A stretch of 63,062 nucleotides of DNA, counting the filler, from Craspedostauros australis (Eukaryota), in NCBI GenBank assembly GCA_030167865.1. It is 13 parts of 13 records of this genome, joined end to end, with 100 filler letters (N's around TTAATTAATTAA, not from the genome) between each part and the next. Parts side by side here need not be neighbours in the genome. Positions count along the whole stretch, not along the records: positions 61,276 to 63,062 come from JALAGF010003152.1; 12 more parts are not named here. One strand, 5' to 3'. Shown here in pieces: positions 62,768 to 63,062 of the stretch (the first letter of the stretch is position 1; each line of letters begins with the position of its first letter). The notes beneath the pieces were generated by a model. That model searched no databases and had not been told where the DNA came from. It saw only the letters and a list, made by a program, of their open reading frames with translations. Made by a program: the position numbers and the translations under genes.

Positions 62768-63062
62768 TGTCAAACAGTGCAAGTAACTACGAAANACGTA
62801 TTGGCCCGTTGTTNCGTGCCCTGGTCGGAGCTCTTGTTGTTTATTTGTGAGTGCTGTCCGAAGACAGCCCCCGACCAGTATTTGACTAATAGGATTAGTA
62901 GAAGAGTAAGAAGTAAAGAATTCTGTGAGAATTGTCAATGCACATCAATTACGTACTACAGATTCCGTGCTCTCTTCCCGCACAGCAGGAAGTTGCAAAG
63001 AGGCGGAGCAAGGCGCCTACGGAGCAGATGCCCAGGAGGTAATCTAATCTTTGCATTTTAAT
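62768..63062 (-). mobile_element. 3' part of the 5' LTR of the gag element at 61294-62691
   Basis: Ends ...CTGTTTGACA adjacent to the PBS. Contains AATAAA and a UUCG hairpin on the element strand. Confidence 0.7.

Noticed and set aside
62738..62810. tRNA-Lys gene on the plus strand
   Set aside because: Only the D and anticodon portions match; no T arm or acceptor stem. Better explained as a PBS.

Overview
Eukaryotic draft-assembly sequence, most likely a diatom. Evidence: bipartite plastid-targeting 'A-F' motifs, a membrane cyclase-phosphodiesterase fusion, CoDi-like Ty1/copia elements, and GT-AG introns. The window is 13 contigs joined by 12 artificial 100-bp spacers (N44-TTAATTAATTAA-N44), so adjacency across spacers is unproven. 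Host genes: a plastid-targeted carotenoid cleavage oxygenase, a probable glycosyltransferase, a COG3899-like C-terminal fragment, a 2,556-aa membrane protein with 12 Cys-rich repeats, a 3-exon plastid protein, a 2-exon receptor cyclase-PDE, a secreted peptidase-like protein lacking HExxH, a mitochondrial-type urea transporter, and ankyrin and ArgRS pseudogenes. Much of the rest is Ty1/copia material (four gag 5' ends, pol fragments, nested solo LTRs) plus a Harbinger-type transposase fragment. The most unusual signals are in the retroelements. (i) All four 5' ends carry primer-binding sites complementary to internal or 5'-half tRNA sequences (three iMet, one Lys-CUU) rather than the 3' CCA end. 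(ii) Two unrelated gag genes end in UGA with distinct readthrough-type signals (CAATCA hexamer; spacer plus GC hairpin). (iii) In one element a hydrophobic double segment lies between Gag and protease. All family assignments come from motifs read by eye; no database searches were run.
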